Of a DNA stretch of 64,000 bases, positions 11,133-22,407 are shown in pieces (positions within the stretch are counted from its first letter, which is position 1; every line of letters begins with the position of its first letter). Source of the DNA: Candidatus Scalinduaceae bacterium (GTDB lineage Bacteria; Planctomycetota; Brocadiia; Brocadiales; Scalinduaceae); NCBI GenBank assembly GCA_046759445.1, contig JBHICG010000001.1, positions 64,001-128,000 of the forward strand, given 5' to 3'. The notes beneath the pieces are model-generated. The model was not told the origin of the DNA, searched no databases, and saw nothing but the letters and a program-made list of their open reading frames with translations. Both the position numbers and the translations under genes were made by a program.

Positions 11133-12062
11133 TTATTTCACAGGGGAAATTGCAGAATTAGTGGGGCTTCTGAATTTGGCAACGGGATTTACTATAGCAA
11201 GTCCACGATAATATGTAACCAATCCACTAGCAATTTCTGCTATTATCTTATTAAAGGTCGTTCTTTTCCTTGCTCTTTCTAGTCTTACTTCTGGTCCCTT
11301 TTCATCAGTAATAGGTATCATTTTAACACTACCAAAATTCATCCTTAATATATTTATCATTCCATGGTCACCCTTCATTTGTCTAACTATTTCAGCAGAA
11401 GGTAATGCGGCAATGTAAGAAAGCGGGTATGTGTAATCTCTATAATCATCCTTTTGTATATACGCTTCGCTTTCAATTGCTAACGCATCGAAATATTCTC
11501 TTACCAGATTAAGGTTTGCTTCGTTAACATCTTCTTCTTTGATTTTTGCAACCCTCTGACTGTCAGTGCTAATTTTTCCCGTTATGATTGCCCTGGCAAC
11601 AGTTTTCTGGGACTGAAATGTATTTATTTCAATTTGCGTATATTCTGGACTTATTACTTGAAATGAATAAACATTTTTTGTTTTTTCATTGTATATAGAT
11701 GAATTTGTAAATTTAAAGTTGATATTAGCTATCTCTAATTCTGGTATTAATATTTCAAGAGGGAGAATTATTTTAGATACTGTCATTGCACCTGGAATGA
11801 CATCACCAACTCTATGTATTTCATTTTTATCCTTCGTTATTTCAACAAATCTTTCTCCAGAGGATTTTTGAATAACGTAATCATGATGCATTAAAAATTT
11901 ATCAAATACGTGTAATTTGTCTTGCCCATTTCCGCTTTCTTCGAATCTCAGACCTGGTGAACGTGTGTATGCTTTTACATCCCTAAAATATATTGAATCT
12001 TGCAGGAACTCTTCAAGCTTGCTTAATGGTATGCTAAAAACAGGGTGATGGATATTTTTCAT
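11133..12062 (-). CDS. Hypothetical protein, possible MaoC-like hot-dog fold
   Basis: 309-aa ORF; FVEITKDKNEIH...IPG resembles the hydratase-2 D-x-N-x-x-H motif. Confidence 0.5.
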   Translation of the reverse strand: MKNIHHPVFSIPLSKLEEFLQDSIYFRDVKAYTRSPGLRFEESGNGQDKLHVFDKFLMHHDYVIQKSSGERFVEITKDKNEIHRVGDVIPGAMTVSKIILPLEILIPELEIANINFKFTNSSIYNEKTKNVYSFQVISPEYTQIEINTFQSQKTVARAIITGKISTDSQRVAKIKEEDVNEANLNLVREYFDALAIESEAYIQKDDYRDYTYPLSYIAALPSAEIVRQMKGDHGMINILRMNFGSVKMIPITDEKGPEVRLERARKRTTFNKIIAEIASGLVTYYRGLAIVNPVAKFRSPTNSAISPVK

Positions 12063-12216
12063 AATCGTTTATTCAAAGGAAACTCTTATATGAGCCGTAA
12101 AGCATATATTATTTCTAGAAATCTACAAAAATTCTAGTAAAAAGAAAACATAAGTCAAGAAGATATTTAGTTTTTCATCATATTCTTGACTATGATTACA
12201 TAAGTGTTTATGTCCT

Positions 12217-13224
12217 TTATTTTTTTAACATTAGTTTCTTCGCCTTGTCAGTATTAATTTGAGGAACATCTAAAACCTCCTGCTTGAAATCCTGTTGAAC
12301 ACTTGATATTACTACTTTTGTATTAGGTAAAGATTTTGCCTTACTGCTTCTTGCCGTTAGCTGTGCAGCAATTTTTAACTTTTCGCCATCAATATCACCT
12401 CTTATAAGTGACAATGGACCAAGAATATCCTTTAAACGTAATAAATAATCTCCGTCTCTTGCTAAGTTTTGTAACGTAAGATTTTCATCCTCCTTTCGGC
12501 TAACAACAACTTTGGTTTTACCATCAATACGATAATGTCTTCCCACTTTTAACAAGTTGACATCGTTTTTATCATGATCTCCATGGTCAACTAAATCCTT
12601 CATTCTGTTGGCAAATTCAGGATCCGTCAGAAGACATCCTCCAGATGCGCATGGATAATCTTTCATTTGAAAAATATCCGCGAGTTGTATCTGGTCCTTT
12701 CGGGATCGACCTTTTATCTCCAGTAATTCATCTCTGTTGACCAAGCCTGTCTTTTCCGGAATTGTCGGTTCCAAGTGTTTTGCGCAGAGAGGCCTTAAGA
12801 CAAGTCCCGTTAAGCCTGCCTCTCTGTCAATTGTTTTCATAGCTTCTTTTCTTTGTGACATAGGGCGTTGGCCCAAGACCTCACCAGTTATAATGAAAGA
12901 TGCCCCAATTCCCCTCATATATTCACCGGCAGCTCTGAAGATGTTTATTCGGCAATCTATGCAGGGATTCATATTTTTGCCGTAACCATATTTTGGTTTT
13001 TTAACAATTTCCAGAAAACTATTAGTTGTATTTATAACCTTAATCGGTATCCCGAGTTTCTCAGAAACCTTCACGGCCTCTAGTTTACAATTACCTTTAG
13101 ACGTACAAAGACAGAAAACTGTGACAAAGTTTAAGGCAATAACATCTATCCCTTGCTTCTTTATTACATGTATTGCCAACGTACTATCCAACCCGCCAGA
13201 TAGCAATGCTAGTGCTTTTGTCAT
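12217..13224 (-). CDS. ThiI/MnmA-like PP-loop tRNA thiouridylase family protein (DUF814-type C-terminus)
   Basis: SGGLDS PP-loop, NPCIDCR, TGEVLGQRPMSQ, GGCLLTD. Confidence 0.85.
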   Translation of the reverse strand: MTKALALLSGGLDSTLAIHVIKKQGIDVIALNFVTVFCLCTSKGNCKLEAVKVSEKLGIPIKVINTTNSFLEIVKKPKYGYGKNMNPCIDCRINIFRAAGEYMRGIGASFIITGEVLGQRPMSQRKEAMKTIDREAGLTGLVLRPLCAKHLEPTIPEKTGLVNRDELLEIKGRSRKDQIQLADIFQMKDYPCASGGCLLTDPEFANRMKDLVDHGDHDKNDVNLLKVGRHYRIDGKTKVVVSRKEDENLTLQNLARDGDYLLRLKDILGPLSLIRGDIDGEKLKIAAQLTARSSKAKSLPNTKVVISSVQQDFKQEVLDVPQINTDKAKKLMLKK

Positions 13225-13481
13225 TATTGTTTGCTTTAAAATTATCGGTAAAATACAACAAAGATTTAATTTGAAATACTAATCATTAATTGCCCAGTTG
13301 GCATTCAGACTCTAATCCATAAAGATACCGTGCATTTGAACTTATAAAAACCTTGAGTTATATTAGGTAAAAAATACATGCTATCAAAAAAAAACTTTTT
13401 GTCAAATAAAAGGTTTTGACAGTTATATAGTACAGTGCTAAACTTGATTTGTATATTTCTTATTGATACACATTAATAGAA

Positions 13482-14285
13482 ATGATTAGGCCACCTGTTG
13501 TTTCTGGAAGTTTTTATCCTGGAAGTAAAAAAGATTTATTAGGAGCACTTAAGACACTTATAGATGATAAAATAGAAAAGCAAAAAGTCTTAGGCGCTAT
13601 TTCCCCCCATGCCGGCTATATGTATTCTGGAAAAGTAATGGGAAGTGTTTTTTCAAGAATTGAGATTCCCGACACAGTTATAATCTTGGCACCAAATCAT
13701 ACAGGCTATGGAAGTCCTTATTCTATTTGGCCAGAAGGATGTTGGGAAACACCACTTGGCGAAACGTTTATGGATCAAGAACTTATTACTAAAATTCTCA
13801 ATTCATGTGAACTGCTTGAGAAGGATGAAGAAGCTCATATTAGAGAACATTCAGTTGAGGTTTTATTGCCGTTTCTGCAATATATCAATCCACAAGTCAA
13901 AATTGTCGTAATCGTAATCAAATCAAGCAATTTTGATGATTTGAAAATAATTGGCAAATCTATCGGAGTGATTCTTAGAAAAATAAGGACTGATTCTCTC
14001 GTTATTGCCTCTTCTGATATGACGCACTATGAATCCCAGCAATCTGCAAACAAGAAAGATAAGTCTGCAATTGCGGAAATTATCGCTTTAAGAGAGGAAG
14101 AACTTTATAACGTCGTTCAAAAGTCAAACATTACTATGTGTGGTATTTGTCCAGTAATTTCAATGATTGTTTGCTCGAAAGAACGAGGTGCTAAAAAAGC
14201 TGAACTGACCAGGTATACGACTAGTGGAGACATCACTGGAGATTACGAGCAAGTAGTAGGATATGCTGGTATGATAGTCGAATAA
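13482..14285 (+). CDS. amrB: AmmeMemoRadiSam system protein B (MEMO1 family)
   Basis: RPPVVSGSFYP, PHAGYMYSG, EHSVEV, SSDMTHY, VVGYAG. Confidence 0.93.
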   Translation: MIRPPVVSGSFYPGSKKDLLGALKTLIDDKIEKQKVLGAISPHAGYMYSGKVMGSVFSRIEIPDTVIILAPNHTGYGSPYSIWPEGCWETPLGETFMDQELITKILNSCELLEKDEEAHIREHSVEVLLPFLQYINPQVKIVVIVIKSSNFDDLKIIGKSIGVILRKIRTDSLVIASSDMTHYESQQSANKKDKSAIAEIIALREEELYNVVQKSNITMCGICPVISMIVCSKERGAKKAELTRYTTSGDITGDYEQVVGYAGMIVE

Positions 14286-14447
14286 TCTTGACTATTTACA
14301 TCTATCGAGTTATTAAAATAATAATTTTTTGAACATTACAGATTCCTTCATATCCCATTTTTTACTTCCCGTTTTCTATATAAATGGAATTTTCTCAAAC
14401 AAGATATAGGAGCAAAAGTCCAAAGAATTCTCATTCCAAAACCTTTC

Positions 14448-15140
14448 ATGCTTTGCAATCCTGAAATCTCTGTCATAATCCCTGCCTTGAATGAAGAAGA
14501 ATCCATCCATTTGGTACTCAATGATATACCAAAAGATTTAGTAAAAAAGGTTATTGTTGTAGACAATGGTAGCCGTGATAATACAGTAAATATAGCAAAA
14601 AAGTTAGGTGCAGAAGTAATATCAGAACCATTAAAAGGTTATGGTTCAGCGTGTCTGTGTGGAATAAATAAGCTTGACAGGAACACGGATATTGTAGTTT
14701 TTCTCGATGCTGACTATAGTGACTACCCTCAAGACATTTACATCCTTTTAAAACCGTTATTAACGGATAGAGCAGAGCTAGTAATTGGTTCACGATTATT
14801 AGGTAGAAGGGAAAAAGGGGCTTTATTACCACAAGCTCTTTTGGGTAATAAACTTGCTACATATTTACTCTGGCTATTTTTAGGGTTTAAGTATACAGAT
14901 TTGGGCCCGTTCAGGGCAATTAGATATAATGAATTAATAAAATTAAATATGAAAGATAAAAATTATGGATGGACTGTTGAAATGCAGATTAAGGCAATAA
15001 AAAAAGGGTTAAGGATTACAGAAGTACCTGTAAGGTATAGAAAGCGCATAGGAAAGTCAAAGATTACGGGCACCTTTTCAGGTACAATACTTGCCGGTTT
15101 TAAAATTATTTATACTATCCTAAAATATATAGTCTTATAG
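14448..15140 (+). CDS. Glycosyltransferase family 2 (Dpm1-like)
   Basis: IIPALNEE, VVDNGSRD, FLDADYSD, TDLGPFRAI, YGWTVEMQ. Confidence 0.9.
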   Translation: MLCNPEISVIIPALNEEESIHLVLNDIPKDLVKKVIVVDNGSRDNTVNIAKKLGAEVISEPLKGYGSACLCGINKLDRNTDIVVFLDADYSDYPQDIYILLKPLLTDRAELVIGSRLLGRREKGALLPQALLGNKLATYLLWLFLGFKYTDLGPFRAIRYNELIKLNMKDKNYGWTVEMQIKAIKKGLRITEVPVRYRKRIGKSKITGTFSGTILAGFKIIYTILKYIVL

Positions 15141-15148
15141 GAATAAAA

Positions 15149-15245
15149 GGCTCGTTCAGGGAACGAGCCCTACAATAAAAATGTTTTACGTTAGATTAAC
15201 ATGATGTGATGTTAAAATTGTAGGGTACGTTCCCCAAACGTACCG
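15149..15245. repeat. Inverted pair of GTAG-type REP-like palindromes
   Basis: ggctcgttcagggaacgagccctaca ... tgtagggtacgttccccaaacgtaccg. Confidence 0.7.
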
Positions 15246-15268
15246 TTTATGAATCTGTATATTTAACT

Positions 15269-15949
15269 ATGTCCACAATAGAAACCTCAATAATAATACC
15301 CACTCTTAATGAGGAAAAAGTCATAAAGAGATGCCTTGAAACCGTGGTGAATATCCCAGGTATTGAGGTGATTGTCTCCGATGGTGGGAGCAAAGACAAA
15401 ACTGTAGAAGTTACCAGATTATTCAAAGACATTAAACTAATCTTTTCTATGAGGGGACGCGGTATTCAAATGAATGCAGGAGCATCACATGCTCAGGGAA
15501 AAATACTCCTTTTCCTTCATGCAGATTGTATATTATCAAAAGAAGCTATCCTAAATGTTTTAACCACTTTGAAAAACAACTCAATAGCAGGTGGCGCTTT
15601 CAAGATAAAATTATTGTCTGATAAATTCCCTTACAGATTGATAGAAGCGGGAATAAACTTCCGCTCAAAGGTATTCAAATTACCTTATGGAGATCAGGGG
15701 TTGTTTGTTAAGAAGTCCATTTTTAAGGAACTAGGCGGTTTCAGAAGAATGGCGGTTTGCGAGGACGTGGATTTTATATGGCGCCTTAAAAAATTTGGGG
15801 AAATAACCATTCTTGATGAAGAGATTTGTTCCTCTGTTAGAAGATGGGAAAATAATGGAATCCTGCGGACATCTCTCAGAAATCAAACCTTGCTGGCTTC
15901 GTATATATTAAGACGAAAGAGCCTTAATCAGAAACATTCGCAAGAGTAG
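15269..15949 (+). CDS. TIGR04283-like GT2 glycosyltransferase (rSAM/selenodomain- and arsenosugar-associated)
   Basis: IIPTLNEE, DGGSKD, GRGIQMNAGA, FLHAD, LPYGDQGLF, EDVD, SSVRRW. Confidence 0.88.
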   Translation: MSTIETSIIIPTLNEEKVIKRCLETVVNIPGIEVIVSDGGSKDKTVEVTRLFKDIKLIFSMRGRGIQMNAGASHAQGKILLFLHADCILSKEAILNVLTTLKNNSIAGGAFKIKLLSDKFPYRLIEAGINFRSKVFKLPYGDQGLFVKKSIFKELGGFRRMAVCEDVDFIWRLKKFGEITILDEEICSSVRRWENNGILRTSLRNQTLLASYILRRKSLNQKHSQE

Positions 15950-16219
15950 TGATATAAAAAGCATCCTGTCTTTTTTTATATCTAAATATTTAATCTTAAA
16001 GTTCATACTATTTTTGCCCAATATTTTATTGAGCAAGTAGATCTTAGTTAAGAATGGAAGTGTTTTTCTTGAATAAAATATTATTTTTGCAATAAAAAGC
16101 AATCCTCGCGAAATATAAATTATATAACCTCTTTATTATACAGTAATAGAAAGTATATGTTAGTTGCCTTTATACCATTCCTACATGATTATTGATATGT
16201 TTTATGTTAGAAAGACGTT

Positions 16220-16840
16220 ATGACCAAATCAAATGAGAAGAAGAGGTTATTTATTGAACTCTTAGATCCTCACAAAGATACTTTATATAGAGTATGTAAG
16301 AAATTGATCATAAATGGTAATGATATTGAAGATGCTTTGCAAACAACAATCATAAGCGCATATAAATCTTTTGATAGATTTGAAGAGGGGTCTAACTTTA
16401 AGGCATGGATATTTAAGTTTTTAATAAATACATTGTTTAACTTCAACAAAAAATACTCAAGGTTAAGTGCTTTTGAAACGTATCACGAAGAGGTTCTAGA
16501 TACCGCTCAGACCTCTTGTACTGAACATAAAGATGTGAATCTATTTGAAATGTTGGAAAAGGAAAATATCTACCACGAAATCCTGAAGAATCCATTAAAA
16601 TTGTTTGAAAACATAGACGGGCCCATGAAAGAATCTTTACTTAGGCTAAAAACAGCAGAACGAACGGTTTTTCTTCTCAGGTCTTTAACAGACCTTTCAT
16701 ATAAAGAAATGTCAAATGTCCTTGAGATACCTATAGGCACCGTGATGAGTCATCTCTATAGGGCAAGGGCGAAATTACGGGAATCACTTTGTGATTACGC
16801 CAGAGAGATCGGTTTATTTCGCGATAAGGACGCTTTCTAA
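16220..16840 (+). CDS. ECF RNA polymerase sigma factor
   Basis: EDALQ..FEEGSNFKAWIFK (region 2); LSYKEMS..IPIGTVMSHLYRAR (region 4). Confidence 0.92.
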   Translation: MTKSNEKKRLFIELLDPHKDTLYRVCKKLIINGNDIEDALQTTIISAYKSFDRFEEGSNFKAWIFKFLINTLFNFNKKYSRLSAFETYHEEVLDTAQTSCTEHKDVNLFEMLEKENIYHEILKNPLKLFENIDGPMKESLLRLKTAERTVFLLRSLTDLSYKEMSNVLEIPIGTVMSHLYRARAKLRESLCDYAREIGLFRDKDAF

Positions 16841-17640
16841 TGAATTGTAAAGAAGCAAGACGCTATATCAATCTGTTTTTGGATTCGGAATTGGATTCAA
16901 AGACCAATCTTGAAATAACAGAACACCTTTCATCTTGCGAGGACTGCAGTAAAAGGTTTGCACAGGAGGAAAGGATTGAAAAATCATTTGTGTCAGTTTT
17001 AAAGGAAGATAAAGATCCCAAGGCAGAAGAAATATGGGAAAGGACTATCTCCAGTTTTGGCCACCAAGTAGAGTCACGAGGAGAAAGGCGCTTAGGTTCC
17101 TGGTTTTATATAAGGTATGTTGTTACTGCAACAGTGGCTATCCTTGCCATAATTATTACGCTAATTATGTATAGTAAGCAAGAAAGCAATGACCTGACAG
17201 CAGCAGTACATAAATGTCACATGGAATATATAACAAATAAGACAATCCCCTCAATAGAATCTGTATCTCCAGGCGAGGTAGCCAAATATTTTTCTGGTAA
17301 ATTTACGTTTCCCGTAGTTCTTTCTGAAATCCCGGATATTAAATCGCATCATATCAGGTTATTTGGGGGGAAGGTGTGTCATATTAATGGAATTTCGGCG
17401 GCATATGTTATGTACCACTGTTGTAATACACCAGTTTCCGTATTCATCTTGAGCACGAAAGATGCTGAAATCTTTTACGATACGAAACAATATCTCAAAG
17501 GAGATAAGGTTCTCTTTAAGAAAATAGATGGAATTAAACTTATAGTAACACCAGCAAATCAAGATACCTTTGTTTGTGTAGTAGCTGATCATGATATTGA
17601 ATTACTCAGATGGGTAGCTAATAATTTTATAAGAACATAA
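16840..17640 (+). CDS. Zinc-binding (zf-HC2/ZAS) membrane anti-sigma factor
   Basis: MNC...HLSSCEDC motif, central TM helix, TAATG overlap with the sigma gene. Confidence 0.9.
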   Translation: MNCKEARRYINLFLDSELDSKTNLEITEHLSSCEDCSKRFAQEERIEKSFVSVLKEDKDPKAEEIWERTISSFGHQVESRGERRLGSWFYIRYVVTATVAILAIIITLIMYSKQESNDLTAAVHKCHMEYITNKTIPSIESVSPGEVAKYFSGKFTFPVVLSEIPDIKSHHIRLFGGKVCHINGISAAYVMYHCCNTPVSVFILSTKDAEIFYDTKQYLKGDKVLFKKIDGIKLIVTPANQDTFVCVVADHDIELLRWVANNFIRT

Positions 17641-17642
17641 AG

Positions 17643-20600
17643 ATGGGACTTGTTAAAGCAGCATTAAAAAATCCATATTTGGTTATCGTAATGGCTCTGG
17701 CAATTATAGTCATAGGGGTAACGTCCTTTTTTCGTTTACCTGCAGACTTACTCCCAATATTTAAGACTCCAGCAGTACAGATCTTGACCTTCTATCCCGG
17801 GATGCCGGCAGTGGTTATGGAACGAGATATTATGTCACGTCTGGAACGTTGGACTGGGCAGTCAATAGGCATCGAACATCAAGAGGCCAAAGCAATGATA
17901 GGGGTCTGCGTGGTAAAGGACTTTTTCAGGGAAGACATTGACCCGAATACGGCCATGTCTCAGGTGACGTCACTTGCCATGTCTGATCTTTTCTACATGC
18001 CTCCGGGCACAATTCCCCCAATGATAATGCCCTTTGACCCTACAGCTTCAATACCCCTTTGCCTCTTAAGCATATCCAGTCCAACGATGAGCGAAAAAGA
18101 ACTCTATGATGTTGCATATTTTGAGCTTAGGAATCGTCTTCAGAGTATCTCCGGGGTAATTGCGCCTGCCGTGTATGGTGGTGTACTCAGAAGAATACTT
18201 ACATATGTCGATCGTGACGAGCTTGAAGCTCGCGGACTTTCTCCCATGGACGTTGTGAATGCGCTTAAACGTTCAAATTTAATGATTCCCACTGGTAATG
18301 CCAAGTTTGGTATGCTTGATTACCAGATAAACTCGAACGCAATGGTTACGGAGGTTGCAGAGCTTAATGATATACCTATCAAGGTAGAAAAAGGGGCTAC
18401 AGTATTTCTTCGTGATGTGGCAACTGCAGAGGATTCTTATCAGATTCAGACAAACATAGTTCGTGTCAACGGCAAGAGGCAGGTTTATATCCCTATTTAT
18501 CGTCAACCAGGCGCTAATACCATTCAAATTGTTAATGAAGTACGTAATAGAAGTGGAAGGATTCTACAAAGACTTAAAGAGATGGATCCGAGAGTAAAGG
18601 ACATGCGTATGGACGTGGTTATGGATCAATCAGTTTCTGTCAAGAATACGATTAATGGTTTAAAGTATGCAGGTATCCTTGGCGCTGTTTTAGCGGCAAT
18701 TGTTGTATGGGTTTTTCTGGCCAATGTACGTTCAACAGTTATAATCCTTATATCACTTCCTTTAGCTATGCTTGTCGCATTCATAGGATTATTTTTTTCC
18801 AAGAACTCGCTTAATAGCATGACACTGGGAGGTCTTGCGCTGGCTGTAGGTATCCTGATTGACCAATCAATCGTGGTACTGGATAACATTGTTAGACATC
18901 TTCGAATGGGAGATAAATCGCCTATGAAAGCTGCGTTGGATGGCGCAACAGAGGTAGCCGGCCCGGTGCTGATTTCTACTATTACGTTTGCAGTGGTTTT
19001 TTATCCTATAGTCTTCCTTTCAGGGATGGCAAAGTTCCTCTTTACGCCACTGGCCCTGGCTGCTACCTTCGCTATTGTTGCTTCCTACCTCATAGCTATG
19101 ACGGTAGTTCCCGCATGCTGCGCCAAATTCTTACGTAAAACTGCCATAAAAAAAAGCACGCGTAAGCAGGATACTAATAACGAAAGGTTTGACGTTATAG
19201 CCTTGTTTTATGAAAGAATTTTGAGATCAGTTTTACAGAGAAAGCCGATTATTCTTCTAACCGTTTTTATCCTGTTTTTAGTTTCTATATTTATCTTTCA
19301 GAGGACTGGAACAGAACTCTTTCCTCAAGTGGATGCAGGTCAGTTTATGTTACTTGTTCGTTCTCCTTCAGGTACTCGTATAGAAGAAAGTGAAAGATTG
19401 ATTAAGGAGGTAGAAGTGGAAATCCAGGATGTGATGGGGATGGCTGATCCTGAGGGCCATAATCCTGCATCAGACTTGCGCATGATGGTTTCTAATATCG
19501 GAGTCCTTATGGATTGGCCTGCCGCATATACGCCTAATTCCGGCCCTATGGATTCATTTATATTGGTACAGCTAAAGGAAAACGCAAGGAATGGGACATT
19601 CAGTTACGTTAATATATTACGCAAAAAATTAAGAGAAGGATTTCCAGGAGTTGAGTTTGCCTTTGATACAGGTGGTATGTTAACGGCCGCGCTTAATTTT
19701 GGGCTACCATCTCCCATTAATATTCAGATTGAAGGAAGCCGTCTCGAGACGTCTTATGAAATAGCTAAAGCAATAGTACATGAGGTGAAAAAGGTTCCAG
19801 GAACTGCTGACGTTCGCATTGCACAGCGTCTTGATTATCCAGCCATAGACATTGAGGTGGATAGAGTAAAGGCTGCACATCTGGGTATCAGTCAGGAGGA
19901 CGTCGTGAAAAACATCGTCACAACGCTTAATTCGAGTGTTAATTTTGACCCCGCATTCTGGATAGACCACCGCAGTGGTAACCATTACTTTATTGGAGCT
20001 CAATACCTTGAAGACGATATCCGTTCACTACAAACACTTGAAAACATTCCTATTACCAGCTCAGATACGATGAGAGCAACTGTTCTAAAAAATATCGCTA
20101 CTTTCAAACGTACAACAGCGCCTGCAGTAGTAAATCACCTGAATATTACGAGAGTTATCGATGTCTATGCAAATGTATCTGGCAGGGACGTTGGTTCTAT
20201 TGCTGCAGAAATTGAAGAAAGATTAGAGAGGTCTGGAAAACTACAGACATTGATGGCAGAATACAAACCAAAGGGTTATACATACCATATTCGTGGGGAA
20301 GTACAAAGTATGCAAGAGTCTTTCAAGCAGTTTGGAACAGGTTTGGTTATTGCGACTATGCTTGTTTATCTGGTTATGGTTGCGCAATTCAGGTCTTTTC
20401 GTGACCCCTTTATAATCTTATTCACAGTCCCTCTTGGTTTCATTGGTGTTGCATTCATGCTTTACTTTACAAATACTAATCTTAATATTCAATCCTTCAT
20501 GGGGATTATTATGATGGTAGGGATTGTTGTTGCATATAGTGTACTTCTGGTAGAGTTTGCTAACAGACTCCAGGAGAAAGGAGTTTCTATAGAAGAGGCC

Positions 20601-20837
20601 ATTGTACAGGCTGCACGGATACGTCTTAGACCCATCTTAATGACCTCATTGACTACTATATTTGCCCTTTTACCGATGGCAGTTGACCTTGGGAACTCGG
20701 GCGGAGCAAATGTGCCTTTGGCACGCGCAATTATAGGTGGGGTACTGGGCGCTTTAATACTAAGTTTAATAGTCGTCCCTTCACTCTATACCATTTTTGC
20801 TAAAAAGGAAAAAAGTTTATGCCTGATAATAAAATAA
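17643..20837 (+). CDS. RND efflux permease subunit (AcrB/CzcA family)
   Basis: 1064 aa; GGLALAVGILID..IVVLDNI, RLRPILMT. Confidence 0.95.
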   Translation: MGLVKAALKNPYLVIVMALAIIVIGVTSFFRLPADLLPIFKTPAVQILTFYPGMPAVVMERDIMSRLERWTGQSIGIEHQEAKAMIGVCVVKDFFREDIDPNTAMSQVTSLAMSDLFYMPPGTIPPMIMPFDPTASIPLCLLSISSPTMSEKELYDVAYFELRNRLQSISGVIAPAVYGGVLRRILTYVDRDELEARGLSPMDVVNALKRSNLMIPTGNAKFGMLDYQINSNAMVTEVAELNDIPIKVEKGATVFLRDVATAEDSYQIQTNIVRVNGKRQVYIPIYRQPGANTIQIVNEVRNRSGRILQRLKEMDPRVKDMRMDVVMDQSVSVKNTINGLKYAGILGAVLAAIVVWVFLANVRSTVIILISLPLAMLVAFIGLFFSKNSLNSMTLGGLALAVGILIDQSIVVLDNIVRHLRMGDKSPMKAALDGATEVAGPVLISTITFAVVFYPIVFLSGMAKFLFTPLALAATFAIVASYLIAMTVVPACCAKFLRKTAIKKSTRKQDTNNERFDVIALFYERILRSVLQRKPIILLTVFILFLVSIFIFQRTGTELFPQVDAGQFMLLVRSPSGTRIEESERLIKEVEVEIQDVMGMADPEGHNPASDLRMMVSNIGVLMDWPAAYTPNSGPMDSFILVQLKENARNGTFSYVNILRKKLREGFPGVEFAFDTGGMLTAALNFGLPSPINIQIEGSRLETSYEIAKAIVHEVKKVPGTADVRIAQRLDYPAIDIEVDRVKAAHLGISQEDVVKNIVTTLNSSVNFDPAFWIDHRSGNHYFIGAQYLEDDIRSLQTLENIPITSSDTMRATVLKNIATFKRTTAPAVVNHLNITRVIDVYANVSGRDVGSIAAEIEERLERSGKLQTLMAEYKPKGYTYHIRGEVQSMQESFKQFGTGLVIATMLVYLVMVAQFRSFRDPFIILFTVPLGFIGVAFMLYFTNTNLNIQSFMGIIMMVGIVVAYSVLLVEFANRLQEKGVSIEEAIVQAARIRLRPILMTSLTTIFALLPMAVDLGNSGGANVPLARAIIGGVLGALILSLIVVPSLYTIFAKKEKSLCLIIK

Positions 20838-22018
20838 AAATACCTAAGATTACGTTAGCTATCAGTGGAATACTCATATTCCTTGCTGGAGGTATAATTG
20901 CAAGTCTTCTATCTCCCCGGGGGCGTCAGTTAGAAAATATGAACCAAGGCAAGGTTAAGACAACTGAAACTCCTCACGTGAGTGTTCAAAATCCCTTACG
21001 CAAAACAATACATCGAACGATCTTACTTCCTGGCGATATCTTCCCGTGGGAGCAAGCCACCCTATTTTCAAAGATCGCCGGGTACCTTGAAGAGATTCGA
21101 TTCGATAAAGGTGACTGGGTAAAGGAGGGAGACATAATAGCCAGGATAGCTGTTCCAGAACTTGAAAACGAATTGGAAAAGGAGCAAGCGGAATTGGCGC
21201 AGTGTAAGGCCGATATTGCGCGTGCAGACGCCGAAGTTAGATTAAGAGAGATTATATATAAACGTCTGTCGGAGGTTCGAGCAACAAGTAAGGATATGGT
21301 ATCAGAGGAACAGGTTGATGAAGCCAGCGGAAAGCTTGAGGTGGCAAAGGCAGAACTTGTCCTCTCAAAAAGTCGCAGTAACGTTGCCCGAGCAAACATA
21401 GAAAGGACAAAGACTTTCCTGGATTATACGATAATAAAGGCCCCTTTTACGGGCGTAATTACCAATAGATGGGTAGATCCCGGCGCCTTAATTCAAGTTG
21501 CGACTACTTCACAGAAAGATGTAGCTCCCATTGTGCACCTTATGGAAATAAATACCGTAAGAGTTCAGGTGCATATTCCCGAACCAGATACTCCTTACAT
21601 CGATATCGGTAAAAATGTTAAATTGACCGTTGACGAACTCCCGGGAAAGGTCTTTGAGTCAGGCATTTCCAGATTTTCATGGGCGCTTGAAAGAGGGACA
21701 CGAACAATGCTGGTAGAGATAGACTTCCCCAATGATGGTTATTTTTTGCGTCCCGGTATGTTTGCGAAGGTTATTATCAATCTAGAGGCACACAAAGATG
21801 TCCTGACGGTTCCCGCTGAATCTCTTATTACCGAAAAGGACAAGGCATACGTTTATGTAGTAAATGACAGTACGGTAAGGAAGGTATCGCTAAAGACTGG
21901 TATTGATGACGGAATTATAGTTGAAATCCTGGACGGCTTGGACGAAAATGACAAAGTAATAGTTGCTGGAAAACACTTGGTAAGTGAAGGAGAAGCCGTT
22001 ATCACCACAGAATTATAA
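20819..22018 (+). CDS. RND efflux periplasmic adaptor (membrane fusion protein)
   Basis: IKAPFTGVIT, LRPGMFA, alpha-hairpin. Confidence 0.93.
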   Translation: MPDNKIKIPKITLAISGILIFLAGGIIASLLSPRGRQLENMNQGKVKTTETPHVSVQNPLRKTIHRTILLPGDIFPWEQATLFSKIAGYLEEIRFDKGDWVKEGDIIARIAVPELENELEKEQAELAQCKADIARADAEVRLREIIYKRLSEVRATSKDMVSEEQVDEASGKLEVAKAELVLSKSRSNVARANIERTKTFLDYTIIKAPFTGVITNRWVDPGALIQVATTSQKDVAPIVHLMEINTVRVQVHIPEPDTPYIDIGKNVKLTVDELPGKVFESGISRFSWALERGTRTMLVEIDFPNDGYFLRPGMFAKVIINLEAHKDVLTVPAESLITEKDKAYVYVVNDSTVRKVSLKTGIDDGIIVEILDGLDENDKVIVAGKHLVSEGEAVITTEL

Positions 22019-22070
22019 AATTGGTAAAAATTATTGATGCAGTATAGTTTATTTAGCTATATTAGTTATA

Positions 22071-22322
22071 ATCCGAAGCACGAAACCCGAAATCCGAAAC
22101 AATATCGAATAACCAACCCTGAATCAAGTTCAGGACAAAACAAAAATCTAGCAACCTGTTTTGAACATTCAGTCATTTGAATTTAGAATTTGCTCGCCCT
22201 GTTAGATAACTTTGATTTTTAATTGTGTGTTACATAATAAAAGGGGTAATAATTTTTATAAGTGTTAAGAATAAAACATATCTAACAGGGTAAAGAGTTT
22301 CGGTATTCTTATTTCGGATTTT
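22071..22322. repeat. Composite palindromic element: CGAAATC-type heptamer arms with a nested MITE-like unit
   Basis: atccgaagcacgaaacccgaaatccgaa ... ttcggtattcttatttcggattt; internal perfect 12-bp IR ccctgttagata (22197) / tatctaacaggg (22279). Confidence 0.6.
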
Positions 22323-22407
22323 TACGATTACGATTATCCAAATGAAATACATTTCTCCGGCATTGTTTTTTAAGAAATGCTAACTCATTTTCTTTCGTTT
22401 ATTTACT

